A stretch of 64,000 nt of DNA from Dehalococcoidia bacterium (GTDB lineage: Bacteria; Chloroflexota; Dehalococcoidia; Lucifugimonadales; VXLM01). The DNA lies in NCBI GenBank assembly GCA_965232435.1, contig CBDDPU010000004.1:2172423-2236422 (forward strand). Reading direction: 5' to 3'. Shown piece after piece: positions 35,591 through 45,415 of the stretch. The notes beneath the pieces were generated by a model. It saw only the letters and a list, made by a program, of their open reading frames with translations. It had not been told where the DNA came from and searched no databases. How positions within the stretch are numbered: position 1 is the first letter of the stretch; each line of letters starts with the position of its first letter. A program made the translations under genes and the position numbers.

Positions 35591-36948
35591 AGTTCTACAG
35601 TACCCTATCCCGAACCGTTCAGAAGTTCATACCTCTCAATAACGTCGTTCAAATGTACGTCTGCGGCCTCACGCCGTATTCCGAGGCCCACGTCGGCCAC
35701 GCAATGCGGTCGGTTACCTTCGACGTTCTGCGACGCTACCTTGAATTCCGAGGCTACGCTGTCAAGTTCGTCGAAAATTTCACCGACGTGGACGATAAGA
35801 TGATCGACCGCGCGGCTGAATACGGCGAATCAATCCATGACCTCGCCGAGAGAAACATTCGCCTCTATCTCGACCAAATGCAAGCCCTCAACGTCCTGCC
35901 CGCGCATCTCTACCCGAGGGCCACTGACGAGATTCCCAAAATCATCGAAATGGTGCAGACTTTGATCGACAAGCAGGTCGCCTATGAAATCAATGGCGAT
36001 GTCTACTTCCATGTCCGCAGCGACCCCGGTTACGGCAGGCTAAGCGGACGAGACGTTGAGAGTATGCGTGTAGGCGCGCGCATCGAGGCCGACGATAGGA
36101 AACGCGACGGTCTCGATTTTGCCCTGTGGAAGGCCCAAAAACCAGGCGAACCGGCATGGGACAGCCCCTGGGGCAAAGGAAGACCGGGATGGCATATCGA
36201 ATGTAGCGCAATGGCTGCCGAGTACCTCGGAGAGAATATCGACATCCACGGCGGCGGGCAGGATCTCATCTTTCCCCATCACGAAAACGAGATCGCTCAG
36301 ACCGAGGCCTGCACACAAAATCCGCCCATGGCCCAGTTCTGGATGCACAACGGCATGGTCGAACTCGGTGACGAGAAGATGAGCAAATCGCTCGGCAACA
36401 TCGTTACGCTAGGCGAAGCCCTGAAAAAACACTCTCCCGACGCATTGAGACTCTTTTTCCTCAACTCTCATTACCGCTCCCCACTCATCTACCGGGAGGA
36501 CATTGTCGAAGCCCAGGAACGCGCAGTGGAACGCCTCCGCCGTGCCGCAACCGTGGATGGCAAAAGCAGCCCCGACGCGATTGATCCCTCACCCTATCGC
36601 GGCAAGTTCATCGAAGCTATGGACGACGACCTCAACACTCCTCGCGCCCTCGCAGTCCTGTTTGACATGAGCCGGGATATCAACCGGGCACGGGAGGCAG
36701 ACCGCGATATCGGAGACGCCCAGTCCACCCTTAAGGAACTAACCGAAGTCCTCGGCCTCACCCTTGAAGAACCTGCTTCAGACGGGAGCGACGATGTGGC
36801 CGACCTCATCGACCTCCTGATACATACTCGTGCAGCCCTGCGCGCCGCCAGGCAATACGAACTCGCAGACTCCATCCGCGACCAACTAATCGAACTCGGC
36901 TACATCCTCGAAGACAACCCCGGCGGCACAACCTGGAAACGAGGATAA
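35587..36948 (+). CDS. cysS: Cysteine--tRNA ligase
   Basis: MYVCG.TPY...H.GHA (HIGH), WHIECSAM, KMSKS. ATGA overlap with ispF. Confidence 0.95.
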   Translation: MKFYSTLSRTVQKFIPLNNVVQMYVCGLTPYSEAHVGHAMRSVTFDVLRRYLEFRGYAVKFVENFTDVDDKMIDRAAEYGESIHDLAERNIRLYLDQMQALNVLPAHLYPRATDEIPKIIEMVQTLIDKQVAYEINGDVYFHVRSDPGYGRLSGRDVESMRVGARIEADDRKRDGLDFALWKAQKPGEPAWDSPWGKGRPGWHIECSAMAAEYLGENIDIHGGGQDLIFPHHENEIAQTEACTQNPPMAQFWMHNGMVELGDEKMSKSLGNIVTLGEALKKHSPDALRLFFLNSHYRSPLIYREDIVEAQERAVERLRRAATVDGKSSPDAIDPSPYRGKFIEAMDDDLNTPRALAVLFDMSRDINRAREADRDIGDAQSTLKELTEVLGLTLEEPASDGSDDVADLIDLLIHTRAALRAARQYELADSIRDQLIELGYILEDNPGGTTWKRG

Positions 36949-37005
36949 ATCAAGCGGCTTATCACATCGCTCGCAACCTACCGAACAAACCGACCTCTTC
37001 TACCC

Positions 37006-37461
37006 CTACGCATCAGCGAGATACGCACCCACAGCATCCTCCAGCGCCGACCACGACAACAACGCGCACTTGATCCGCACCGGGTATTCCCGAACCCCCG
37101 ACAGCGTCGGAAGATCGTTCATCCCCGCCGCGTCCGCAGCAGGCGGTGTCATTCCTTCCATCATGCCCTCGAACGCCGCCGCCAAACGACGAATCTCTTC
37201 CACCGTCTTCCCCACTACGGCTTCCGAAAGCATCGAGGCCGTCGATTGGTTGATCGAACATCCAATCGCCTGCATACCCACCTCGGCGACTCGCCCGTTT
37301 GAAAAAGCGAGTTGAATTTCTACTTCGTCGCCACAGAACGGATTCACAGCCTTGGCAGAGGCGTCAGCAGAATCGAGAACGGCTTGGTTGCGAGGATTGC
37401 GTCGGTGATCGAGGATTGCGTCGTGATAAAGTTGGTCGATGCTAGAAACTTCCATTGCCAA
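37006..37461 (-). CDS. sufU: SufU/NifU-type Fe-S cluster scaffold/sulfur acceptor (copy 2)
   Basis: LY...ILDH.RNPRN, NPFCGD, GCSIN.ASASM, RIKCALL: three conserved Cys. Confidence 0.8.
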   Translation of the reverse strand: MAMEVSSIDQLYHDAILDHRRNPRNQAVLDSADASAKAVNPFCGDEVEIQLAFSNGRVAEVGMQAIGCSINQSTASMLSEAVVGKTVEEIRRLAAAFEGMMEGMTPPAADAAGMNDLPTLSGVREYPVRIKCALLSWSALEDAVGAYLADA

Positions 37462-38707
37462 AGTATCGCAACGCCCCTTTTACACCGTCAACCAGAGCGT
37501 CCACTTCCTGCTCGGTGTTGTAAACATAGAACGACGCCCTCGATGTTGCAGGCACACCCAACTTGGTCATTAGCGGCATCGTGCAATGATGCCCGGTACG
37601 TACCGCTATTCCCTGCTGGTCAAGGAATGTTCCAAGGTCGTGCGGATGAACATCCTCGTTATGGAATGACACGACCCCGCCACGCAGTTCCGGGTCCTGC
37701 GGGCCGAATACGTCCACTTCTTCAATTTCCTTGAACCGCTCCAGCGCATACCCCGTGATCTGCTTTTCGTGCTCTCGGACGTTTTCCATTCCAAGAGCCG
37801 AAAGATAATCGACAGCCGCGCCCAAGCCGATGGAGTCGGCGATGTTCGGAGTTCCCGCCTCAAACTTCCATGGCAGACCCGCCCATGAGGCCTTTTCGTA
37901 AGTAACCTGCAGCACCATCTCCCCTCCGGTTAGGAACGGCTCCATATCTTCCAGAAGCTCGCGCCTCGCATAAAGTCCGCCGATCCCTGTCGGGCCCATC
38001 ATCTTGTGACCCGAAAACGACAGGAAGTCGCAGCCGATATCCTGCACGTCAACCGGCATGTGCGGAACACTTTGAGCGCCGTCCAGCAGCACAGTCGCTC
38101 CAACCGAGTGAGCCTTCTCAGTCAAGAGCTTGGCCGGGTTGATCGTTCCCAGCGAGTTGGAGGCATGGGCGAACGCCAACAACTTCGTGCGCTCCGTAAT
38201 GATCGAGTCCAAGTCGCCCAGGTCAAGCGTTCCGTCATCATGCATAGGGATAAACCGAAGAGCCACGTCACGCTCCGCGGCAATCTCCTGCCACGGTACC
38301 AAGTTGCTGTGATGCTCCATCGGCGTAGTGACGATCTCATCCCCGGACTTGATTTTTTCCCTGGCCCAAGAATGCGCCACGATGTTCATACTCTCAGTGG
38401 CGTTCCGCGTCCAAATGACCGTCTCCGGCTCTTCGGCATTTATGAATTTCGCCACCTTCTTCCGAGCCGACTCGGTCATGTCGGTGGCCTCCATGCTCAA
38501 CGTATGCACACCACGATGCACGTTGGCGTTGTAATTCTCGTAATAGTCGACCAGCGACTGTATGACCGAACGAGGCTTATGCGTCGTGGCCGCGTTGTCA
38601 AGGTAGACCAAGGGCTTCCCGTTTACTGTGCGTGACAGTATCGGAAAGTCGCCGCGCAGTGCCTGAACGTCTAGGGACTTCGCAGAGTTTAAACCTAGTG
38701 CTCCCAT
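37442..38707 (-). CDS. sufS: Cysteine desulfurase SufS
   Basis: YLDNAATT, SNSLGT, SGHKM.GPTGIG, R.GHHC. Confidence 0.92.
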   Translation of the reverse strand: MGALGLNSAKSLDVQALRGDFPILSRTVNGKPLVYLDNAATTHKPRSVIQSLVDYYENYNANVHRGVHTLSMEATDMTESARKKVAKFINAEEPETVIWTRNATESMNIVAHSWAREKIKSGDEIVTTPMEHHSNLVPWQEIAAERDVALRFIPMHDDGTLDLGDLDSIITERTKLLAFAHASNSLGTINPAKLLTEKAHSVGATVLLDGAQSVPHMPVDVQDIGCDFLSFSGHKMMGPTGIGGLYARRELLEDMEPFLTGGEMVLQVTYEKASWAGLPWKFEAGTPNIADSIGLGAAVDYLSALGMENVREHEKQITGYALERFKEIEEVDVFGPQDPELRGGVVSFHNEDVHPHDLGTFLDQQGIAVRTGHHCTMPLMTKLGVPATSRASFYVYNTEQEVDALVDGVKGALRYFGNGSF

Positions 38708-38742
38708 ATCGTGAATACCCTCTTGAAGTTGCCGACGCCTGT

Positions 38743-39177
38743 CTAAGCCGGAACCCTTTCCCGGGGCGAAACCGACATCCGTTCAACTACGTCGGCAATC
38801 GTAGTCGCATTTAGCACCTTCCACATGGCCGCTTCGGCTTCCCGCCAGACCGACTGCTGTCCGCAGCAAGACGACTGCTCACAGCTGCCGGCGTCGTCGA
38901 GACACATCACCAGAGAGACCGTCCCCCCCAAACAAGCCAAGACCGCTCCCATAGTGATTTCGGAAGGTCTCCTGGCCAGAGAGTGCCCTCCCAGTGGACC
39001 GCGTTGCGCCTTGGTAAGGCCGTGCCGCTGCAATGAGTGCAGTACGCGCGCGAGATACTGCGGGGGTATGCCCTGACGTCTCGCAATTTCCGATGCTCGT
39101 ACAGCGCTCCTGTCGGAATGCTGCGCCAGGTCCACCAAGGCCCGTATTCCGTAGTCCACCTGTACCGGAACGTGCAT
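38743..39177 (-). CDS. Rrf2 family transcriptional regulator (IscR/SufR-like) embedded in the suf cluster
   Basis: Start trimmed to MHVPVQVDYGIRALVDLA. The wHTH follows, with a C-terminal Cys cluster (C..D..SC..SSCC). Confidence 0.8.
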   Translation of the reverse strand: MHVPVQVDYGIRALVDLAQHSDRSAVRASEIARRQGIPPQYLARVLHSLQRHGLTKAQRGPLGGHSLARRPSEITMGAVLACLGGTVSLVMCLDDAGSCEQSSCCGQQSVWREAEAAMWKVLNATTIADVVERMSVSPRERVPA

Positions 39178-39187
39178 TATCGGCCTC

Positions 39188-39637
39188 CTATTCCGTCGAA
39201 ACCGTCTCCTCGCCTTCCAATGCGCCCCGAAGCGCGTGCCATGAGAGCGTCGCACACTTGATACGCGCAGGGAACGACCTCACACCCGCCAAGACCACAA
39301 GATCGCCCAAACTCTCGTCGTCCGCGCCGGCCTCGGCCACATTGGTCATGAGATCGTGGAATTTCCCGAACGCTGCCTGCGCCTCGCTTATCGTCCTTCC
39401 TTTGACCGCCTGTGTCATCAACGAAGCCGACGCCTTGGAAATCGCACACCCCGCGGCCTGAAACGACACGTCGGCCACTACGTCCTCATCCAGTGTAATA
39501 TAAAGCGTGATGGTGTCTCCGCAAAACGGGTTGAACCCGTGAGACTTGCACGTTGGATCCTCCATCTTCCGAAAGTTGCGCGGCTTTCGATTGTGTTCCA
39601 TCACGATCTCTTGATATAGCTCTTCCAGTTCAAACAT
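39188..39637 (-). CDS. SufU/NifU-type scaffold (copy 1)
   Basis: LYQEIVMEHNRKPRN, NPFCGD, GCAISKASASLM, RIKCATL. Start trimmed to MFELEELY; it overlaps the sufD stop by 8 nt. Confidence 0.75.
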   Translation of the reverse strand: MFELEELYQEIVMEHNRKPRNFRKMEDPTCKSHGFNPFCGDTITLYITLDEDVVADVSFQAAGCAISKASASLMTQAVKGRTISEAQAAFGKFHDLMTNVAEAGADDESLGDLVVLAGVRSFPARIKCATLSWHALRGALEGEETVSTE

Positions 39638-40976
39638 CGGTAATGTCGCCTTCTGCTTGATCCGATCTCGCTCCGGGCAGCCCATCTGCGAACAGACCGT
39701 CGAGATACTCCCGCAGGGGTTCCGAAGTAACTTGGTCGATAATCTCCTGGGCGAAGCCGTGCACTAACAGGTCGCGAGCAGTGTTTTCGTCGATGCCTCG
39801 GCTGCGCATGTAGAAGATCGCCTCTTCCGCCACCGCGCCGGCGGTAGCCCCGTGCGTCGCCTGAATATCGTCGGCGTATATCTCCAACATCGGTTTCGTA
39901 TTGATCCGCGCTCCGGCAGACAGCAGTAAATTCTGATCTTTCTGATACGCCTCGCTCTTTTGCGCGTCCGGATGAACAATGACCCCGCCGCTGAACACGG
40001 CTCTCGACCTGTCGTCAAGGATGCCCTTGAAATAAAGGTCGCTTTTCGTATGCGGCTTGAGGTGGTCAATCACGATGTGGTTGTCAATATGCTGCGTCCC
40101 GTAGGTGAAATACAGTCCGCCCACGACGCAGGAACTGCCCGGCGCATCAAGCATGACATGCAGCCCGTTCCGCGCAATCCGAGCGCCCCGTGTAAACGAC
40201 AGCGAACTGAACGAGCTGCCCTCACTCAATCGCACCGGCGTGCTCCCAATATGAAACGCGCTCGGTGAGTCAAGCACTAGCCGGTAGTGATCAACCTGGG
40301 CTCCCGGCTCCAAAATGATCTCGCTCACCGAATTAGTGAAATAGGCCGAATTCCCAACCCCGACATAGCTCTCGATGACCGTACACTCGCTGCCTTCGCC
40401 CGCAAGCACCAAAGTTCTCGGATACGTCGCAATCGCCGCGCCATGCTCGGTCGTCACAAACACGAGGTGGATTGTCGGAACTCTTGCCCCTGGTGAAACC
40501 TTTACAACGGCCCCGTCTGTTACAAACGCCGTATTCAATGCAACGAAGGGGTCCGACTCAACACCGGCCAACGAACCAAAACGTTCGCCAATGCCATTTC
40601 GGCCAAGATCAGCAGGGTCGGAAAGCGTGCCAATGAAAAGTCCGTTCCCATCAACTGCAATTCGAGAGTGTTCCGGCGCAAAGCGCCCATCGACAAAGAC
40701 CAATTGAAACCAGTCAGCGGAACCGGGAACGAGTGACAACAGCTGCTCCGCGGTAACAGAGCCCGGCCGAGATACGTACTCGAACATCGAGCTCGCGAGG
40801 GGCCCGAGGTTCGTATACTTCCATTTCTCGCTGTCCTTCCGCGAAGTCGGGAACCCCTGAATCGAAAAGCTGTCAATCCCTCTCTGCCTGAGCGCATTCA
40901 GCCACTCCAAACTGGTCGAAGGCAATCGGCCATACTGGTCAGCATAGTGATCGTTTGTCCTGATTTTCTGATTCAT
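39630..40976 (-). CDS. sufD: Fe-S cluster assembly protein SufD
   Basis: 448 aa, beta-helix protein with a C-terminal ..A.HGAT.G....E..FY..SRGI....A..L block, positioned after sufC. Confidence 0.85.
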   Translation of the reverse strand: MNQKIRTNDHYADQYGRLPSTSLEWLNALRQRGIDSFSIQGFPTSRKDSEKWKYTNLGPLASSMFEYVSRPGSVTAEQLLSLVPGSADWFQLVFVDGRFAPEHSRIAVDGNGLFIGTLSDPADLGRNGIGERFGSLAGVESDPFVALNTAFVTDGAVVKVSPGARVPTIHLVFVTTEHGAAIATYPRTLVLAGEGSECTVIESYVGVGNSAYFTNSVSEIILEPGAQVDHYRLVLDSPSAFHIGSTPVRLSEGSSFSSLSFTRGARIARNGLHVMLDAPGSSCVVGGLYFTYGTQHIDNHIVIDHLKPHTKSDLYFKGILDDRSRAVFSGGVIVHPDAQKSEAYQKDQNLLLSAGARINTKPMLEIYADDIQATHGATAGAVAEEAIFYMRSRGIDENTARDLLVHGFAQEIIDQVTSEPLREYLDGLFADGLPGARSDQAEGDITDV

Positions 40977-41107
40977 TCGCGGGTCTGTTTTCTCTCCATT
41001 GCAGCCGACAAAAATTTCGATTCGCTTTCAGCGCTCAAGCCCGTTGGAACTGCCGATGTGAACGATGGGAAACTCCATCCCGAATCTGAGCCGCCAAGCC
41101 AATGCTC

Positions 41108-41866
41108 CTAACTCTCAACCCCAGCCTCTTGAACGATCCAGTCATACCCCTTCTCTTCCAACTCCAGCGCCAATTCCTTTCCGCCGGATCGGACAAGCCG
41201 ACCGTTCAGTAAGACATGAACGCGGTCGGGCGTCACGTAGTTCAGGATGCGCTGATAATGAGTCACAAGCAGGATCGCATTGTCTGAGTTTCTAAACGAG
41301 TTAACCCCGCTCGCCACCGTCCTCAGCGCGTCGATGTCTAACCCTGAATCGGTTTCATCCAGCAACGCCAGCTTTGGGCCGAGAACCGCCATCTGCAGAA
41401 TCTCGTTGCGTTTTTTCTCTCCTCCGGAAAAGCCCTCGTTGACATTCCGCCGAGACAGTTCTTCACTCATCCCAATCTCCACGACCCTCTTCCGGTATAG
41501 CGTGTCAAATTCCCGCGCCGACAACTCTTCCTCGCCTCGTTCCTCCCGCATTGCGTCGAGAGCCGACTTGAGGAACTGGCGATTGCGCACGCCGGGCAAC
41601 TCCACCGGGTACTGCATGGCGAGAAAGACTCCCGCGCGAGCCCGCTGGTCAGGGGGCCATTCGAGAACGCTCTCACTCTCAAACAGGATGTCGCCTTCTG
41701 TAACGTCATAGCCGGGACGACCCGCTACGGCGTTGGCAAGCGTACTCTTCCCGCTCCCATTCGGCCCCATGATGGCATGTACCTCGCCCGATCCCACGGC
41801 TAGGTTGATACCTTTGAGAATTTCCGTCCCGTTAACCGAGACTCGCAAGTTCCGTATTTGAAGCAT
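41108..41866 (-). CDS. sufC: Fe-S cluster assembly ATPase SufC
   Basis: GPNGSGKSTL, FLAMQYP, NEGFSGGEKKR, LDETDSGLD. Confidence 0.95.
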   Translation of the reverse strand: MLQIRNLRVSVNGTEILKGINLAVGSGEVHAIMGPNGSGKSTLANAVAGRPGYDVTEGDILFESESVLEWPPDQRARAGVFLAMQYPVELPGVRNRQFLKSALDAMREERGEEELSAREFDTLYRKRVVEIGMSEELSRRNVNEGFSGGEKKRNEILQMAVLGPKLALLDETDSGLDIDALRTVASGVNSFRNSDNAILLVTHYQRILNYVTPDRVHVLLNGRLVRSGGKELALELEEKGYDWIVQEAGVES

Positions 41867-41890
41867 TTTCCCCGTTTCTCTGAATGTCGA

Positions 41891-42385
41891 TTAGTTTTCA
41901 ATGAACCGAACTGGCGTCGTGTTCGCTCTGAGCCTCAAAGGATGGCGCGGTTCACCAAGTTTAGTAAGTCCGAGATGACGCATCTTCCCCGATAGCCTGG
42001 CATGATGAAGCATTCGCAGGACATCCGCGTTCCTGTTGAGATACTTCCCATCGTTGCCCCACGCGCACACGATCACATCCGAATCACGAGCATTCTTCAG
42101 TATCCACTCATCATTGCCTGTTCCAACCGGTTCATGGCTGTCCTTCATAACCTTCGGATACGGCGAGCGCAAGGCGAACAGGTTGCACACGCGCAGCTTG
42201 CCATATCCCCAATTCTTCGCGAATCGCTTACACGCGCTCACTGTCGGATCGGAGTTCACCTCGTCCGCAGCGCTGGGATTCAGCATCAGAAACAGGCACG
42301 CATGATTACCTTCGTCCGAGAGCGTTGTCTCAAGCCAGTAACGATATCGCCTATCGCGCGACATGCCGACTCTATGGATATTCAT
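41891..42385 (-). CDS. DUF1643 domain protein inserted between sufB and sufC
   Basis: DRRYRYWLE...ACLFLMLNPSAADE..DPTV..C..FA...GYG.L.V.NLFALRS is the DUF1643 signature. The start is ambiguous (TTG 42418, ATG 42385 or ATG 42364). Confidence 0.6.
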   Translation of the reverse strand: MNIHRVGMSRDRRYRYWLETTLSDEGNHACLFLMLNPSAADEVNSDPTVSACKRFAKNWGYGKLRVCNLFALRSPYPKVMKDSHEPVGTGNDEWILKNARDSDVIVCAWGNDGKYLNRNADVLRMLHHARLSGKMRHLGLTKLGEPRHPLRLRANTTPVRFIEN

Positions 42386-42410
42386 CGCTCGCCGCTTCCC
42401 GAAGCGCAGG

Positions 42411-43871
42411 TCACCCAACCGCGCCTTCGAGGCTGACTCGCAGCAGCTGTTGGGCTTCCATGGCGAATTCGAACGGAAGCTCCTGAAAGATTCCCCTGCA
42501 AAACCCGTTAATGATCATGTAGTGAGCCTCTTCGTCGTTAATCCCGCGCTGCTGGCAATAAAAGAGCTGATCGTCACTCACTTTGGACGTAGACGCCTCA
42601 TGCTCCATCCGCGCAGAAGGATTCCGCACCTCGATGTAGGGTACCGTGTGAGCCCCACAACGGTTGCCGATTAACAGAGAGTCGCACTGGGTGAAGTTCG
42701 AGGCCCTATCCGCGGACGGCATGATCTGCACGAGACCCCGATACGTGCTCTGACCTTGGCCTGCTGATATGCCTTTGGCCACAATCGTACTCTTGGTGTT
42801 CTTACCGATATGGATCATCTTCGTGCCGGTGTCCGCTTGCTGGAAGTTGTTCACCAGCGCCACGGAATAGAACTCCCCGGTCGAGTTATCTCCCTGCAGC
42901 ACGACCGACGGGTACTTCCACGTGATCGCGGAGCCCGTCTCCACCTGCGTCCAAGATATCTTTGCGTCATTGAACGCCTTGCCGCGCTTGGTGACAAAGT
43001 TGAAGACTCCCCCCTCCCCGCTCTTGTCGCCGGGGTACCAGTTCTGCAGCGTGGAATACTTAATCTCCGCGCCATCCAGAGCAACCAGTTCCACTACAGC
43101 CGCATGAAGCTGGTGAGTCTTGCGCAGCGGAGCTGTGCACCCTTCAAGATAGCTAACATACGACCCCTCATCGGCAACGATGAGCGTCCGCTCAAACTGC
43201 CCCGTGTCCAAGGCGTTGATTCGAAAGTAGGTCATCAACTCGATCGGACAGCGCACGCCGGGCGGCACGTACACGAACGATCCGTCGCTGAATACGGCCG
43301 AGTTGAGCGTTGCGAAGAAATTATCACTGTACGGCACCACCGAGCCCAAGTACTTCCGAACGAGGTCGGGATGTTCTCGCACTGCCTCGGTCATTGAGCA
43401 GAAGATCACTCCCGCCTTCTTCAACTGCTCCTGGTAGGTCGTCGCAACCGATACGCTGTCGAACACCGCGTCGACGGCCACCCCTGTAAGCTGTTTCTGT
43501 TCCTCCAGAGGAATCCCCAGCTTGTTGAATGTCTCCAATAACTCCGGGTCTACGTCATCCAGACTCTGCGGCTCATCTCCGCCGTCTTTCGATTTGGGCG
43601 CCGCGTAGTAATAGATGTCCCCATAGTCTATGGGGTCAAATTCCACTTTCGCCCAGGTCGGCTCTTCGTTCTCCTGTTTCACCCAATGACGATAAGCTCT
43701 CAACCGCCAATCCAACATCCACTCCGGCTCTTCCTTCTTGTCCGAAATCAATCGAACGATATCCTCGCTGATCCCCTTCGGCGCAAAGTCCGAGTCGATA
43801 TCGGTATAAAAGCCGTATTTGTACTCGTTGTCGATAGCCGACGTTCGCGAAATGACACGTGTAGTCGTCAA
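42411..43871 (-). CDS. sufB: Fe-S cluster assembly protein SufB
   Basis: YKYGF.TD, EGCTAP, HIGKNT.S and the FYCQQRGI...A...I..GF C-terminus. TTG start with GGAGG upstream. Confidence 0.95.
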   Translation of the reverse strand: MTTTRVISRTSAIDNEYKYGFYTDIDSDFAPKGISEDIVRLISDKKEEPEWMLDWRLRAYRHWVKQENEEPTWAKVEFDPIDYGDIYYYAAPKSKDGGDEPQSLDDVDPELLETFNKLGIPLEEQKQLTGVAVDAVFDSVSVATTYQEQLKKAGVIFCSMTEAVREHPDLVRKYLGSVVPYSDNFFATLNSAVFSDGSFVYVPPGVRCPIELMTYFRINALDTGQFERTLIVADEGSYVSYLEGCTAPLRKTHQLHAAVVELVALDGAEIKYSTLQNWYPGDKSGEGGVFNFVTKRGKAFNDAKISWTQVETGSAITWKYPSVVLQGDNSTGEFYSVALVNNFQQADTGTKMIHIGKNTKSTIVAKGISAGQGQSTYRGLVQIMPSADRASNFTQCDSLLIGNRCGAHTVPYIEVRNPSARMEHEASTSKVSDDQLFYCQQRGINDEEAHYMIINGFCRGIFQELPFEFAMEAQQLLRVSLEGAVG

Positions 43872-43905
43872 GTAACCTCACCTCCGCAGGAAAACCCTTG
43901 CAGTC

Positions 43906-43944
43906 GAGTATTCCGCAGGCAATATGCTATTGTTGAGTATTCCG
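43906..43944. promoter_or_regulatory. Direct repeat GAGTATTCCG x2 (29-bp period) upstream of sufB
   Basis: Identical 10-mers at 43906-43915 and 43935-43944, 35-73 nt upstream of the sufB start in a divergent intergenic region. Confidence 0.3.
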
Positions 43945-44106
43945 GTCAAGAACAATTGTAGCCAACATCGCGCAGCGAATCAATCATTCAAGATGAGCGC
44001 AAGTTGCGGATCTGGAGTCAATACTCGTTCCGACACCCTTGCGCGCCACACAGTCTTCGTCTACCTTGTGAGACCGAACTCAACGAAGCCAAATCGGAGA
44101 CCTCTC

Positions 44107-45375
44107 ATGCCAAATTTTGCCCCGGACTTCACCCTTCTCACCGCCGACCGCCTGATTGACGGAACCGGCAGGCCCCCTCTGGAACGAGGCGCAGTCCTGC
44201 TTGAAGGCGACCGTATAGCCGCCGTAGGTACCGAAGAATCCGTCGTTCCTCCGGAAGGAGCGACTGTCGAAGAGGTCGCCTACCACGGAAAGACCATCCT
44301 TCCCGGACTGGTCGACTGCCACGTCCACCTCAACGGCATTGGAGACGGACGACCAGGTGACGATCTCGCAACCCTCCCGGACGAGATACTCACCGTACAG
44401 TCGGCCAACAATGCGCGCGCTCACCTGTATTCAGGGGTGACGACCGTGCGCGACTGCGGCGCCAAAAACCGGACGACCTTCCTGCTCAGGCAAGCCGTCG
44501 AAATGGGCATCGCCGTCGCTCCCCGGCTGGTTCTTACCGGCCGCCCGGTAGCCATCATTGGAGGACACCTAAGCTACTTCGGCATCGAAGCAACCGGCCC
44601 GACCGAGTGCCGTGCCGCGGTGCGGCAGCTCATCAAGGAGGGCGCCGACTTCATCAAGGTCACCGCGAGCGGCGGAAGCACCCGCACATCCTTCCCCTTC
44701 TTCCCTTCCTTCAACGTCGATGAACTCACCGCCATCGCCGAAGAAGCCCACAAATTCGGCAAACATGTCGCCGCCCACTGTGTCAATTCACAAGCGATGC
44801 GGAATTGCCTCGACGCCGGCATCGACACCCTCATCCACGCGCGCCACATGGAACCCGACGGCTCCAGCAAGTACAGCGAAGACGTCACCGAGCGAATCAT
44901 CGAGCAGGGTGTCTTCGTCAACATGACCCTCAACGAGTCGCGCGCCAACTACCGCGTGATCTCCGAAAAGGAAGAACGCGGCGAACTATTGACCGAACGT
45001 GAAAACCAGGTGCTCGAACGCGGCTTGGATGGGTTTTACTCCATGCTCGAGCACTGCAGCCGCATGGTTGAAGCGGGCGTCCAAATGGCCGCCGGCTCGG
45101 ACACTTCATGGAGCTGGCACAAGATCGCCCAATTCCAAGACGAGGTAGAGGCCCACGTCGCCGGCGGAATGTCCCCCATGGATGCCATCGTCGCCGGAAC
45201 TCTCAACTCTGCCAAATCCTGCTGGATCGACGATGAAGTCGGTTCGCTGCGACCCGGAAAAGCCGCCGATGTTCTCGTCGTCGACGGCGACCCCTCTCAG
45301 AACATCAACCACCTCTGGAATGTGGAAGATGTGTACCAGGCGGGAGCGCGAGTTGATCGCGCAGCGATGGTTTAA
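44107..45375 (+). CDS. Amidohydrolase family protein (imidazolonepropionase/prolidase-like)
   Basis: Start trimmed to the ATG at 44107 (GGAG SD). ILPGLVDCHVHL, AHC, GSD. Confidence 0.75.
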   Translation: MPNFAPDFTLLTADRLIDGTGRPPLERGAVLLEGDRIAAVGTEESVVPPEGATVEEVAYHGKTILPGLVDCHVHLNGIGDGRPGDDLATLPDEILTVQSANNARAHLYSGVTTVRDCGAKNRTTFLLRQAVEMGIAVAPRLVLTGRPVAIIGGHLSYFGIEATGPTECRAAVRQLIKEGADFIKVTASGGSTRTSFPFFPSFNVDELTAIAEEAHKFGKHVAAHCVNSQAMRNCLDAGIDTLIHARHMEPDGSSKYSEDVTERIIEQGVFVNMTLNESRANYRVISEKEERGELLTERENQVLERGLDGFYSMLEHCSRMVEAGVQMAAGSDTSWSWHKIAQFQDEVEAHVAGGMSPMDAIVAGTLNSAKSCWIDDEVGSLRPGKAADVLVVDGDPSQNINHLWNVEDVYQAGARVDRAAMV

Positions 45376-45415
45376 CCAGGCAACTGGCGCGGGAAGTGCC
45401 TTGACCCGTCCCGCG

